Assembly: GCF_018350175.1 (NCBI RefSeq)
Contig: NC_058368.1
Span: forward strand, 41,666,001 to 41,730,000
DNA: 64,000 nucleotides
Direction: 5' to 3'
From: Felis catus
Taxonomy: Eukaryota
This document shows positions 51,149 through 64,000 of this stretch, in pieces. The notes beneath the pieces are model-generated. The model was not told where the DNA came from, made no database searches, and saw nothing but the letters and a program-made list of their open reading frames with translations. A program made the translations under genes and the position numbers. How positions within the stretch are numbered: position 1 is the first letter of the stretch; every line of letters starts with the position of its first letter.

Positions 51149-51358
51149 GGGGCACCTGGGTGGCTCAGTTGGTTAAGTGGCTCTTGATTTCGGCCCAGGT
51201 CGTGATCTTAGAAGTCGTGAGTTCCAGCCCCAGGTCAGGCTCTGCACTGACAGCATGGAGCCTGTTTGTCATTCTCTTTCCCTCTCTCTCTGCCCCTCCC
51301 TTACTTGCATGCTCTTTCTCCCAAGATAAATAAACTTTAAAAAAATTGTAAAAAAAGT
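51149..51358 (+). mobile_element. Can-SINE
   Basis: TSD-like aaaagtttacaatcag / aaaagcttataatcgg. Confidence 0.92.
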
Positions 51359-53354
51359 AAAAGCTTATAATCGGAAGCATGCTAACCATGGAAGAGTTAC
51401 CATTCATTGCTTTCATTTTTAGATACAATGACTGAATTGTTTTGTACTTTTTAAAAGGAGAAACACATTCTTTATAACGCACTGATATTGAATACTGTCA
51501 CTTCCCAAAATATGATTCAAAACAATCAACCTATAATCTCCATCAAATATATAGCACTTAAAATACCAGGACATTTTTGCTAAAATATGAAAAATATAGG
51601 CACTAAAATATTGCTCTTCATCTTTGACTATAATTATTTTTAATATTATCACAATAAGTAATTATCTTAAGTGATGAATAATATTTTCCATTCATAAGTT
51701 CCCTCAACAAGTGTATATTGAATATCTATCATGTACCACACATATCAGATACTATGCTGGATTCTTAATAAATGCCTTAAGATTTTATGCGTGTACATGT
51801 GTTTGTGTGCACATGTGTTTTTCCCATTTCTCCAATTTTTTACACATTTTAATGTCCTACTTGTGCTACCTCATACAATATCTGTTTAGAACCCAGGTCA
51901 GGATTCCGAACTGCACATACATTATTTTCTACAATTTCAGCATTGCACCAAATTATTTCCTTTCTCTTCAAAATAATTAAAATCCACCATCATGATTTTT
52001 CTAAGACTGAAACATTTATTGATTTTTTTTAAAAAAACTAAATTATTTGTTCCCTTTCACAATCTGCAATCTATGGGTTTGGTTATCGTTCCAGGTTTTT
52101 GAATGTATAAAGACACGAGGGCTGATAAAACTGTACAAGCCATCTGTCTCTGCATTTAAATGTTGAAAGCAAATACAAAAGCACATAACCAAAAGCTTGA
52201 AAGTTGTCTCAGTTAATATTTATATCAGGTGTCAATGTATTTCCCTCTCCACCTTTGCATAGCTCACCTTCTCACTCAAAACCCAACAAAATACTTTTTC
52301 TATGGTTAGGCATCAATAGCTGTCAGAGAGCTGCTTGAATTGCTGAGTTTTAAAGATGTGAGTTTAAAATGTGAAACGATCCAAGTTAATGGATCTCCAG
52401 CTATACCTAAGTGGTAGGATAGCTGAATGGGTCTTGATCTCATTTTATTATACCCAGAGGCAGAACCGTTACTTCATTGATTAACTCAACTGCTGTAATT
52501 AACAAGTACCTTCTGGCTTGTGGTCCACCTACTTTTCAACCTGAGGACTTGAAACCTTTTAATTCCAAAGCTTGGAACTGATATTTTTAAAAAAATCATG
52601 ATACCTTTCCTATTCCTGGTTAGGTTTCATACTATATGAATATTTGGCCTTTTATGTGAATGAATTTTCTCTAGAATTTTTACTGTGGGGTAAAATATGA
52701 TTAAACAGACTACCAGGATTGAATTGCAAAAGAGAGGAGTCATTTTTATATCATTTGGGATCAAACTCATCCCATTTCACTCAATTTTTCATTTCACTTG
52801 ATTTTTATGATAGAAAAATACATCTTCTATGCAGAACACATCTGATTCTCATGTTACAATGGCCTTTTTTGTGGTAAGAACATATATCAGTATTTTTATG
52901 CAAAACATTTGTTCTTAAGTTCAATTTTGCTGATTTCCCCAAGATTTTATGGTAGCAGGTAGGAAGTTCGCAGAGCTGTGCATCACTAAGCACCTTACAG
53001 TGAAGGAGGCATCCCCAGATTTGGATTTGCTGCAGCAGTTTCCCAGATCTCTAGGCAAATGATAAAATTTCTTCACTTGTTTTAAATAAATTTCCATTTT
53101 ACGTAGACTTTCATCCTATAATTTTGCTTTACACTTGCTGTTATTAATACACTGTGAAAAATCTTATTTTTCATGATTGCTCTTTGCCTTAATCAATTTT
53201 CCTATAATAAAAGTTCAGGGAAACAAATACTTTCACCCACTACATTTGAAGTTAATTTTAGCATCTCTAAGAGACCAATACAAAAACATCAGTATCTTTG
53301 CTAGCTCATTCTCACCCTCATTTTCAGCTTATGTCTTTCATTTTTCTCTTTTCC

Positions 53355-53361
53355 CTTCTTT

Positions 53362-53413
<52 letters not shown>

Positions 53414-53434
53414 TTTCTTTTTTTTTTCTTTTTC
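53355..53434. repeat. (TTTC)n pyrimidine tract
   Basis: Read directly from the sequence. Confidence 0.9.
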
Positions 53435-55384
53435 TGGAACGATGTAACAGTGTAACGATTTCTTATCATCGCTGTGGATTACCTTGAATGAAAAGCTGAA
53501 GCTAAATGCTTATGCTTATGCAAATATGGAGGGACCTGAAAAATGGGTCAAATTCATTTGCTAGGCATCCCTCCTCTCTACTATTCTATCACCACTTACT
53601 ATATTTATTGAACAGTTGCTGTTAAAAATCAAATCAATTAATTTTCTTCCCATCTAAACTATGGCCAAAATTAATTTCAAATATGAGAGTTGGCATGAGA
53701 AACAGAGGAACTTGCTTAGCATTACCCACATTCCCTTTTGAGACATCATTCTGCTTCAGATCACAATACACAATGCCAAATCAAAATTTTTAAATCAATG
53801 TCACATGGGAATAAATATCAGTTATTACTCTTTTATATAGAAAAACAATCAAAAAGTATAATAAATTCCATTGCCATTAATGTTGCCATTCCATTGGCAT
53901 ACGAAATAGTGCAGCACAGTTATGTGGACAGTCTAAGACCCAAAAATAGATCTGGCAAATTTGAACACACTTATGGGAAAAATATTTTTCATTCATTCAC
54001 TCAACAAGCTTTGTTTGATCATGTTAGGCTCAAGAGATTGCTAAATAGAATATCTAAAATCAGAACCATCAGGTCACACGGATAGCTAGGTCAAACAGAA
54101 ATAGATTTAAGTCACAGTCAAACAATGAATGAATATAGACTTTGTGAAAGTAATTTTAGATTCCTAAAAGATTTTAGCTAGTCCTAGTTTGTCATCTATA
54201 AATTAAGAGTAAGAGACTAGATTTTCATGCATGACCTCTACCATTTTCTTATTCTCTCATCAAATACCACTGTGGTTTGCCATAGATAATCAAACTTTTC
54301 AGTGTTGTTTTCATTTTAGTTATGAGAAGCCCCAGACAGAGCAAAGAAATTATAAATCAATTTTTTCCTGTAGATTACTGTATTATTTAGGTCACATTCA
54401 GTTTTTTGAATGTGAAACTATATTTAGAACAAGTATTTATGTTTCTAAATCTAAGTAAAAAAAACCCTAATGATTTAGTCAGAGTTTAGCTTATAGCTCA
54501 GATTTAAACGCTACATTGAGACTGCACCTACAGTCACCTTGAGAAGCAAATGCAAAAAAAAAAAAAAAAAAAAAAAAAACCCACACCAGCAGGATTTGAC
54601 AAAACCTTTGGTTAACAAGTAAACAAGGATTAAATGTTTTACACATTCCTCATACAGATTTTTTTCCTTGGTCACAGATGAAAAGTCAACATTTGCAGAT
54701 GGAGACGGTCCAAATACAATAACGCACGGCCGGCCCAAGCAGCAGATTCTCTGAGGGAGAGGATATTGCTATTTGGACAGACTTTATAGCTCACAAAGAA
54801 TGGAGAGCACTTCCTTATAAGTCTTTAGCTTTCTTCTGCATGGCATAAATATCAGCTGCCTTTTTCTCACCTGCAAAAGCTAACTGCTGAAAAGAAAATT
54901 ATCAGAGATAATGTCATTTATTAACTATTATTAATGTTTGATGTTGCAATCAGTTGAATAAAAAGGTCTAAGGTTATTCACTACCAAATTTTGACCAAAC
55001 TGCATGATGTGAAATATTTATATTATCGCTGATCATATTTAGTTTCTACTATAGTTTACCACATTTTAAATTATATTTCATATCTTTCATTTTAAATACT
55101 CATTCTCATATTGATATTTCCTGAATTATTCTCCATTGCTTGGAATTTGCATTATTTCTCAAAAAAATGTAGTGTGGCTTATTTAATGTGCAACAGACTT
55201 TCAGGAGCCAATCTAAGGTACTGAGAAATGAAGTAATTTTTTACAGATTTATTTCAGGCCAAGATCCAAATGTAAAACAGGGAAGCGGCCTATGTAATCT
55301 TCCATCTCCTTAAAAACATTCTCAGCTGCTTATCTAAAAACCAGGCCAGGAGTATAAGTATAAGTATTGACTAAGACAATGGCC

Positions 55385-55944
55385 AAGGGGACAATGCAGA
55401 CATAATAAAGTCATTTATCAACTAATAAAGTTGGCTTTTAGTTAAATAAAGAGAGATTATCAGGTAGGCCTAATGTCATCATGTGAGGCCTTGAAAAGCA
55501 GGGGATTTTCAGCAGCAGGTAGCAGAAGGGAGCTCATACTCAAAGCACAAGAAGGATTCAATGGGCCATTGGTGGCTTTCAAAATAGAAAAGACCACACA
55601 GAAAGGATCTGAGAGCTGCCTCTAACGGCTGACAGCAACTCCAGCTGGGCAGTCAGTAGGACAATAGGGATCTCAGTCCTACAATGAGAAGGAACAGAAT
55701 TCTGCCAACAACAGAGTTGTTTTAGCTAACAGAGTTAGTTAAAAAAATGGATTCTTCCTCAGAGACTCCAGAGAAGGGTTCAGTCCAGCTGATACCTTGA
55801 TTTCAGCCATGGGAAACCCTAGGCATACTGAGCCCACTTGCACTTATGAGATAATAAGTGGACAGAAGCAGAGATAATACATTTGTATTGCTGTAACCAG
55901 CTAAATTGTGGTAATTTGTTACTCAGCAATAGAAAACTAATAGA
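55385..55944 (+). mobile_element. MLT1D/E-like MaLR LTR
   Basis: gagattatc...ggatctcagtcctacaa...aattctgccaaca...accttgatttcagcc...ggtaatttgttactcagcaatagaaaactaata. Confidence 0.82.
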
Positions 55945-56276
55945 ACATCTGTCGTTTACTCAAGACACACAGTCAGTCAGCAAGTTCTTTAGTCTACCCA
56001 CTTCCCTGAAAACCCACCAGCTCAAACCACTATTATTCCTAACAGGACTCCCTTTTTCTTTAAGCTCAATCCCCAATGTGGGCCTCGAACTCACAACCAC
56101 AGGATTAAGAGTCTCATGCTCTACTGACTGAGCCTTCTTCTACTCCTTTGAAATTCTATTCTCTAATCTTTAGAGTCATCTATATATTTTAATTAAGTGA
56201 TAGATATAGATAGATAGATACAGATAGATGATATAGATATAGACAGATACAGATATATAGATATAGATAGCCCTTC

Positions 56277-56447
56277 AGGCACCTGGGTGGCTTAGTCAGT
56301 TAAGCGTCCGACTTCGGCTCAGGTCATGATCTCGCAGTTTGTGAGTTCGAGCCCCACATCGGGCTCTGTGCTAATAGCCCAGAGCCTGGAGCCTGCTTCG
56401 GATTCTGTCTCTCCCTCTCTATCTGCATCTCCTTCACTCACACTCTG

Positions 56448-56498
<51 letters not shown>

Positions 56499-56531
56499 AA
56501 AATAAATAAACATTAAACAAAATAAAAAAAA
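56277..56531 (+). mobile_element. Can-SINE inserted at the left terminus of a Tigger element
   Basis: 17-bp TSD agatatagatagccctt at 56259-56275 and 56532-56548. Confidence 0.95.
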
Positions 56532-56538
56532 AGATATA

Positions 56539-56876
56539 GATAGCCCTTGAACAACATGAAGGTCAGAAGCATTGACCCTCATGCAGTCATATGACTTTTG
56601 ACTCCACCAAAACTTAACTATTAATAGCCTACTGTTAACTATAAGCTTTACATAATACAGTTATTATAACTATGTTATAGTTGATTAACACACATCTGTA
56701 TGTTGAGGTATTATATGCTGTATTCTTACAATAAAGTAAGCTAGAAAAAAGAAAATGTTAAGAAAATCATAAAGAAGAGAAAATACATTTGTAGTACTGT
56801 ACTGTGTTTATTGAAAAAAATTCATGTGTAAGTGGACCCACACAGTTCAAACCCATGTTGTTCAAGGGTCAGCCAG
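56539..56876 (+). mobile_element. Tigger2a/MER8-like non-autonomous DNA transposon
   Basis: Terminal inverted repeat cccttgaacaacatg (56544-56558) / catgttgttcaaggg (56854-56868). Internal acttttgactcc...aacttaactattaatagcctactgtt. Confidence 0.88.
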
Positions 56877-56904
56877 AGTTGTAAGTATATAACTAATATA
56901 CTTA

Positions 56905-57375
56905 TATTAGTCTCCTATTTCTGCTGTAACAAATTACCACAAACTTAGTGGCTTAAAGCAACATAAGTTCATTCAATTACAGTTCTGGAGGTCAAAAGTC
57001 TGAAATCAATTTCATTAGACTGAAGTCAGCATGTCGACTGCAATGCTTCCTCCTGGAAACCCTGTGGGGAGAATCCATCCCCTTTCCTTCTTTCAGCTTC
57101 TAGAGCCCTCCATGTTTCTTAGCTTCTGGGTCCTTCCCCCATTCTCAAAGCACATCTCTCCAATCTCTGCTTCTTTTATCACATCACCTCCTCAAATTCT
57201 TCCTGAATTCCTCTTACAAGGACCATTGTAATTACATAATACCTAGGTGGATAATCCAGGATAATCTCCTCATTGCAAAATCCTAAATTTAGTCACATCT
57301 GCAAAGCCCCTTTGATAACATTGTCACATGTTCTGGGGACTACGATTTAGGTACATTTGGGGGCTATTCAGCCTA
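56905..57375 (-). mobile_element. MLT1C/D-like MaLR LTR
   Basis: tctgctgtaacaaattaccacaaacttagtggcttaaagcaaca...cagttctggaggtcaaaagtctgaaatcaa...gataatccaggataatctc. Confidence 0.88.
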
Positions 57376-57434
57376 ACTCGATATTTAGAGCAGAATACCT
57401 CACTAACTTGATATTTAGAGCAGAATACCTCACT
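57373..57434. repeat. Tandem duplication, 30 bp x 2
   Basis: ctaact(c/t)gatatttagagcagaatacctca at 57373 and 57403. Confidence 0.93.
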
Positions 57435-57760
57435 CCTTTGCTTCGCATCACATCAGAGTAAACGACAGGGTCCTTTCCATGGCTCAAAAAGTCTCACATG
57501 ATCTGGCTCCTGCCCAACTCTCTGACCTCGTATCTGCCAACCCTCCCACCTGTTCTCCTGTACCCTATCTTACTCTGCTACACTCACTTTCTTGCTGTGC
57601 CTCAAATACACCAAGATCCATGAGGTCTCAGGGTCTCCGGATTTGCTATGATTTCTGCTTGGGATATCTTCTTCTCATTGGCTCTGGAGAAACTCACTCA
57701 CTTAATTTAGATGTTTCCTCAAATTAAATTCTTCATAGAGGCATTTCCTGAGCTCTTTAT

Positions 57761-57808
<48 letters not shown>

Positions 57809-58035
57809 CCTACCCAGTCACTCTCCATTTCCTTACCCAGCTGAGTTCTTCTTAGCACTCATTGCTACCTGTCATAATATATTTATTTGTTAATGATCTA
57901 GCTCTAAGAGTAGAATCTAAGTGCCACAATGCCAGGTAATTTGCTTTTTGATAACTGCATCCACAACATGTGTTACTATGGCCTGGAACATTATAGATAA
58001 TTTCTGGATACATTTTTTTTAAACAAAACATAAAT
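57435..58035 (+). mobile_element. L2 3' region containing (TA)n at 57764-57806
   Basis: catgatctggctcctgcccaactctctgacctc...ttcttagcactcattgctacctg...tagaatctaagtgccacaa...gcctggaacat. Confidence 0.75.
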
Positions 58036-59924
58036 GAAGCTTGTTCTGAGTCCTCGAATCAGCGAACTACCATAAAAACTGTATGTAGAACATTATGTGA
58101 CAAGTAATTTACATTTAGAAAAATAGTGATCCAATAGTTTTTACCTGTACATGAGAAACACTGCTAAGAGTTCATAGCATAAAATTTCACTAAGATAATA
58201 CTTGGAACATCTAAATGGCATTAATAAATGAAAGAAGCTGCATTCAAAAGCACTTATGCACTATCCTACTTTGGACTTGAAGCAAGTGAAATGTTCCAAA
58301 GTGAAACATAATTAGGTTGCTTCCTATATCCTATCAAACTACTTTATCATGCCAGCAAATTCGTAACTCCTTTAACCATCAGAGCCCTTTAGATGTCTTC
58401 AGAAGTCCAGATTCACAGAATACATAACAAAATAATTCTTTAAAGCCTGAAGAGACCAAAGTAATTATTAGCAATTATTCTAAAGCAGAGCCCTAATGAG
58501 ATGCAGATAATTGTGTAGGATTTAGCTCTTTGATACAGGTATGCTCAGGTAAATGGGATGCCATTTAGAAAAAAAAAAAGTTGATTAGGGAATGTATTGA
58601 AAACTTAAATGTAGTTTAGCCTCTGTAAATATATTGGCTTACAATTATAAGAGATGAAATTATTGTTCACAAATTTTAGGGGATAAGGTGATTTTAAAAG
58701 AAGCTAATATGTCACATTAGATTACATATAGAATGTCATGGTAAAATTCATTGCTTAAATTCAGTTGTACATAAAGAAAACCTACTCTAAAAATGAGAAG
58801 TTTAATGTTATATTTTGAAAGAATCTCCTAAGGGAACTGTTGAAAATAGGATTACTTCATTATTGAAAATGGCCTGTATAATAGACTATTGTGGAGAGAA
58901 ATCTTGCCCTCTCAGGGTGATGCATAGAATTACCCATTCCAATCTAAAATGTCTGTTTATCTCTGGATGCACCTTGCAAATCCAGAGAAATTACTTCATT
59001 AATATCAGTCTTTGAAAGATAAATTTCTCTCTTAAAATAATAAGAATTACATGTGAATTTTATAACATCTATGTAAATTTGGCTGAGATTTCCTGCATTA
59101 TTTTCTGCTCTGCCTATTGCCAATCAGAGACCATAGTTTTCTGACACTAGAAAACATCTCTTTAATATTTTGATGTTACAGGTAGTTGACCCTAAGTCCC
59201 AACTATTCAACAGATAATAATGTTGACATATTTATCATAAAAAATCACTGTCATGATGATTTTATGTTATGAGACATATGTCATTATCATTTTTTGGAGA
59301 TAGAAAAAAGTTTGTTGTAACATCAATGTGCTTTAATATCTAATCAAAAATATTTACAAATTTCTCACGATTAAGCTGATGTGTACATGCAAAATTTTAG
59401 GCAGAATCTTGGAATTAAGTTTCACAGTGAATATAAGAAAACAAAATAGGGGAGAGGGGCTGCCATTAATTCTGTATCTAGAGAAAAAATCTTGGTAAGC
59501 AAAATTTGACCTTATCTTCTGAGGGGTCATCTTTTTTCTTCCTCTGGGTTACTTCAATAATTTCTTTGGAGGAGTGGTCACAATCACATCTGCTTCCTAT
59601 CTAGGTCTCCTGTCCCTTTGCAATTAAATATGTTTTTTATTATTTTTCCAATATGTCTCACGAAAATGACCTGTCTCTTGGGCATAATTGGTGGTTGGCT
59701 ATTCTGACAAACTCATTAATCTTATAATGTCATCGACTAACACGCTAAGTGTTATCCTTTGGAAGAAAAGCTACACGTCAGTAAGAGCCAGATAAAGATG
59801 CTTTAGTCTGCACATAGGAAGGCTTGAGACATGATGGCAGATGAATAGAGAAGGCTTGGAGGCATCCGTCAAATCGTAACGTGAAAATATGCCTCTCCAT
59901 GAGCTGGCAGAGCTTGGGTACCTT

Positions 59925-60180
59925 TCAATGTCCTGGCATGGAAGAGATGGCACTCAAAAGGATTCCCTCAAAAGAGTTTAATGAAGGAACTCTGTGGAGT
60001 ATGGGCTGGGGAAAGAAAACCAATAAAAAGTAGAGAGGGAAGCAAGGACCTGGAAAAGTATGATGTTATTACCACTCCTATATCTAAAGGGGTAATCAAC
60101 AGGGAGGGCGGAATGGCCCTGGAATCTAGAAAGAACTATGGAAGGTCTGGAAGAAGGTATTCAGGAAACCAGAGAGTGAA
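59925..60180. mobile_element. LTR41-like ERVL LTR fragment
   Basis: ggaagagatggcactcaaa...agagtttaatgaaggaact...gttattaccactcctatatctaaagggg. Confidence 0.45.
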
Positions 60181-60463
60181 TAGACAAGATAAATGGTAAT
60201 ATAAAAGATAAGTACAAACACGGGAAAGTCTTTGTTTCTGTTTCTTTTGTGAATCACTAGATACAAAGCTAATAAGTATCCTTCCAACTGAAATCCAACT
60301 GTAAAGTCTTCACTGGTCTAGACACATTTTCAAATTCCTTTACGGTCATCCACCGTAAATCCAAGTGTGATCAGTTTGGAAACATTACTTCCTACTAACT
60401 ATGCCTAATATATGAGCCAACAATAAGGATAATAACTCAGAATAAATATTATTTAAAAATTCA

Positions 60464-60640
60464 GGGGCACCTGGGTGGCTCAGTTGTTTGTGTCTGATTT
60501 TAGCTCAGGTCATGATCTCCCAGTTCGTGAGTTCAAGCTCTACATCAGGCTCGTTGCTGACAGTGCAGAGCCCATTTCAGATCATCTGTCCCTCTATCTG
60601 CCCCTCCCCTGCTTGTGCTCTCTCAAAAATAAATAAATCA

Positions 60641-60679
<39 letters not shown>

Positions 60680-60816
60680 ATGAAAATTCAGAGTAACTGG
60701 GTCCTCTGTCCCTCTCTCTCTTTGCCCCTCCCCTGCTTGTGCTCTTTAAAAAATAAATAAAACATAAAACATAAATAAATAAATAAATCATAAATTAATT
60801 AATTAATTAATTAATT
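60464..60816 (+). mobile_element. Can-SINE with tandemly duplicated 3' half and (TAAA)n tails
   Basis: One head at 60464 and two CT-rich 3' halves, each followed by aaaattcagagtaactg (60683-60699 and 60817-60833). Confidence 0.9.
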
Positions 60817-62139
60817 AAAATTCAGAGTAACTGTGTGAGTTGGTAAAAAGAGAGTTAATATTTTTAATATTTTAGTAAAAATTCTTCAAATGTTGCACTT
60901 CAGATTCTCACCAAAAATCTCATTCTTTGTATATGTGAATCATAACAAAAATAACCTAGTAAATCTTCATCGAAAGTAAAAATTATTGGTAAATTTCATA
61001 AGTTGTAGTTTCTATGTCTTTTTGACTTTATGCAGTAAAGTATGGTTAAAACATGTGATTCTTGTTTCAAGTTCTTGAGTTGGCCTCTGTGCCTCAGTCT
61101 ACCACATCAATAAAACCACAAGACAGCTGGCCCTTGCCAAACATTATCAATAATGCTTAGGATGTCAGTTAGTTTCTCTCTAATAGAAGTGACCTGCACA
61201 ATGAACCTTTATTTTTTAATCTGGATGACAGTCAAAGGTTCTGAGATCTGTGAACCTTTGGCAAGATTTATAAAGTTAAGTTGTCATCTAGAACAACTGG
61301 TGTGGCTTTGGTTCAAAATCAATCACTAAGAGTATTTTGTATCTGGCTGAAATACTCCAAAATGTTCTCCCTGTCAGCATGGAATGTAAATAGAAAAACA
61401 AAAGCATATTTCATAATCATGTTAAAACTAATAAATTACTTGAAGTTACTCCTTGGGACCTACATATATATGTATATATACATTTATGTACATATACACA
61501 TGTGTAGACATATATGTGGGTACATATATAAATGCACATATGTGTGCATATACAGATAGCATTATTTTTGCTAATATAACTATATAGTGTAGGTCTTATT
61601 TACATTCTCCAAGCCTCATTTTCCTGATGACAGAGATGAGAGAAGATTAAGAGGTGTTAGTGGATTAAATAGACTACTTAAGATCACATATTGCTTGAGC
61701 ATCCTCCCTTCAAGCAATACCACTGAACCAATTTTTTTTCTCTCAGAGTGTTTCTCAGTGAATCAAAAGCATTTTCCTCTCAGGTGAATAAACACCTTAT
61801 GCAGAGCTAAAGAAGTATACTTTGTGTTTCTACACAATCATGCCTGATTGGGTTCCTGAAGCAAAGTATGAATATATACCAGTGACTACAAACTGTCCTT
61901 CAAATTCTTTGACATAATGTTGAAGAGAGCCAAAGTCATGAACCAGGAAATATATCAAAGATCTTCCTCAAATGTGGGTATTAATTTGCCATTACATTTT
62001 TTTTTCTTGTGGTAAAATAAAGATTCAATGATTTTTTTTTAATTTGCTTGTTTGCAGGGGATGAGAGGTTGATATCTAATTCATTTTACAAAGAGCTAGA
62101 AATGACAACTATATTTTCCTTATGTAAAGATTCATTTTT

Positions 62140-62351
62140 TAAATTTTTTAATGTTTATTTAATTTTGAGAGAGACAGAGACAGAATCCAAGTGGGTTGGG
62201 GCAGAGAGAGAAGGAGGCACAGAATCTGAAGCAGACTCCAGGCTCTGAGCTGTCAGCACAGAGTCTGACATGGGGCTCGAACTCATGAGCTGTGAGATCA
62301 CGACCTGAGCCAAAGTCAGATGCTCAACCGACTGAGCCCCGCAGGTGCCCC
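62140..62351 (-). mobile_element. Can-SINE
   Basis: TSD aagattcattttt at 62127-62139 and 62352-62364. Confidence 0.94.
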
Positions 62352-62378
62352 AAGATTCATTTTTAAAGTTGGTATCCA

Positions 62379-62596
62379 GGGGCGCCTGGGTGGCGCAGTC
62401 GGTTAAGCGTCCGACTTCAGCCAGGTCACGATCTCGCGGTCCGTGAGTTCGAGCCCCGCGTCAGGCTCTGGGATGATGGCTCAGAGCCTGGAGCCTGTTT
62501 CCGATTGTGTCTCCCTCTCTCTCTGCCCCTCCCCCGTTCATGCTCTGTCTCTCTCTGTCCCAAAAATAAATAAACGTTGAAAAAAAAAATTTTTTT
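62379..62596 (+). mobile_element. Very young Can-SINE (SINEC_Fc)
   Basis: Close to consensus with CpGs intact. TSD aaagttggtatcca at 62365-62378 and 62597-62610. Confidence 0.97.
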
Positions 62597-63317
62597 AAAG
62601 TTGGTATCCAGGTGAATGAGTAGGGATGAAGGTCAAGGCAACAATGAGAACTTATTTGTACTTATATTAATTATTCTTGGTTAATGATCATCACTACTAT
62701 TTTAGGAGCTAAAGCTGTTTGAAAGTGTGTTATTTGGCTGGCTGCCTATTCCAATGCCCTCTGAACCCCTACGAGGGTCAGGTCAATACAAGAAATTCAA
62801 AGCTGCTTTCATTTGTTTAATTAAAATAGTCATTATAAATGAACAGATTGTGTTTGTAAACTTATAGAGCTTTAAAAAAAACTTACTCTTTCTAATTGCT
62901 ACATGACAAGATAAGCAGTCTCTATGAGCGTTTTCGGAACTCCTGCAAGACTTGAAATTACTATTTAATGTTCTCTCCTGGGCTGCTCAAAGTCTCTGCA
63001 CGCTATCTCACTGTAGTTCACTTTTGTTTCTTGTGATTCTTTGTTTCTTCCCTGTCTGAACACCTCAGCATCTTCAGTACACAGCTACAGTGTCAGTAGA
63101 CTAGAGATGTCTAGGCCTGTAGTGTTACTGCCTCACCAACAATTACTAAATCTAAATTATCAGTGAGACTGATCAAATGACCCAGATTACATTAACAGGC
63201 TCTTATATTTTGGGAAGCACCAATTTTGGGATTATTTTTGTTATTTGGAATTGCTGCTAAATTGAAGTCACATTATTTTTGCTGTTTTTCTGAAGGACAC
63301 ACTGGAGTTTTTAGACT

Positions 63318-63540
63318 TTATTTTACTTATTTATTTATATTTTGAAACAGAGAGAGCAGGTGCCCAGGAGGGGTAGAGGGAGAGGGACACAGAATCTTAA
63401 GCAGACTCCACGCTCAGTGCTGAGCCTGATGTGGGGCTCTATCTCATGATCCTGAGATCATGACCTGAGCCAAAATCAAGAGTTGGACGCTTTACTGACT
63501 GAAGTCACCCAGGTGCTCCCATGCTGGATTTTTTTTTAAT
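63318..63540 (-). mobile_element. Can-SINE (older)
   Basis: Reverse head ...cacccaggtgctccc with a (TTTA)n tail. Confidence 0.9.
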
Positions 63541-64000
63541 TCCTTTCCATAAGAAGACTTTCCTGGATCCAAGTATTTGAGAACCTAACAAAATGTACCA
63601 AATGAATGGATAGAAGCCAAGCCATTCCATTCTCTCTAGTTATCTCAGTGACAGATGTATATTAACCTATGATCATTTTGGCTGAGCCGATCAGTATTGA
63701 TTGTGAAAATGGCCACAACTCAGTTTGTGACATACAGATACTGCCTAAGTGTTTAAAGGCATGAATCAAAAATCTGACACAGTTAAGTTCAACTTGAGTG
63801 GCAGCACTTAGTGCGACGTAGGGACTGGAAAATAGGCTGGATTTGAGGTAAGCTGGCAATCTATCCCTGTTTATGATTTAACACCGTGCACTGACACATC
63901 TTTTTTTCGAGCCATCTGCTTCCTTCATATCATTAGAGAACAAGGCATAGGCCACATTTCCTCTGTTTATTTAACAGCATGCTTGTTAGTGACTGCATGC

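Larger units (their letters stand above)
46047..64000 (-). other. PCDH9: Part of the last intron of PCDH9 (continues beyond the window)
   Basis: Lies upstream of the terminal-exon acceptor on the minus strand. No further cadherin-like coding exon is recognisable in the ORF track. Confidence 0.8.

Overview
AT-rich, repeat-dense mammalian genomic DNA. The Can-SINE (SINEC_Fc-type) and carnivore L1 content points to a felid; this is inferred from repeat family resemblance, not from a database search. The only protein-coding feature I can support is the terminal exon of protocadherin-9 (PCDH9) on the minus strand: coding part 45673-46046, 3' UTR of about 1.9 kb, and an AATAAA at 43810-43815. Sequence above 46046 is its last intron and sequence below about 43790 is downstream intergenic DNA. 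The rest is about 25 Can-SINEs (many with readable target-site duplications, TSDs), young and old L1 fragments, L2, MIR, MaLR/ERVL LTRs, hAT and Tigger DNA-transposon relics, and microsatellites. I found no new multi-gene system. The most interesting structures are: (1) about 1.3 kb of non-repeat, 3'-UTR-like sequence flanked by an 11-bp near-duplication, which splits an old L1 and is itself split by a younger L1 (candidate retroposed mRNA end or orphan transduction); (2) a twin-priming inverted L1; (3) two head-to-head SINE pairs, each sharing one TTTAAA target; (4) a CRE/AP-1/homeobox motif cluster downstream of PCDH9; (5) clustered miRNA and Pumilio sites in the PCDH9 3' UTR. Repeat subfamily names come from recalled consensus resemblance and need RepeatMasker/Dfam confirmation.
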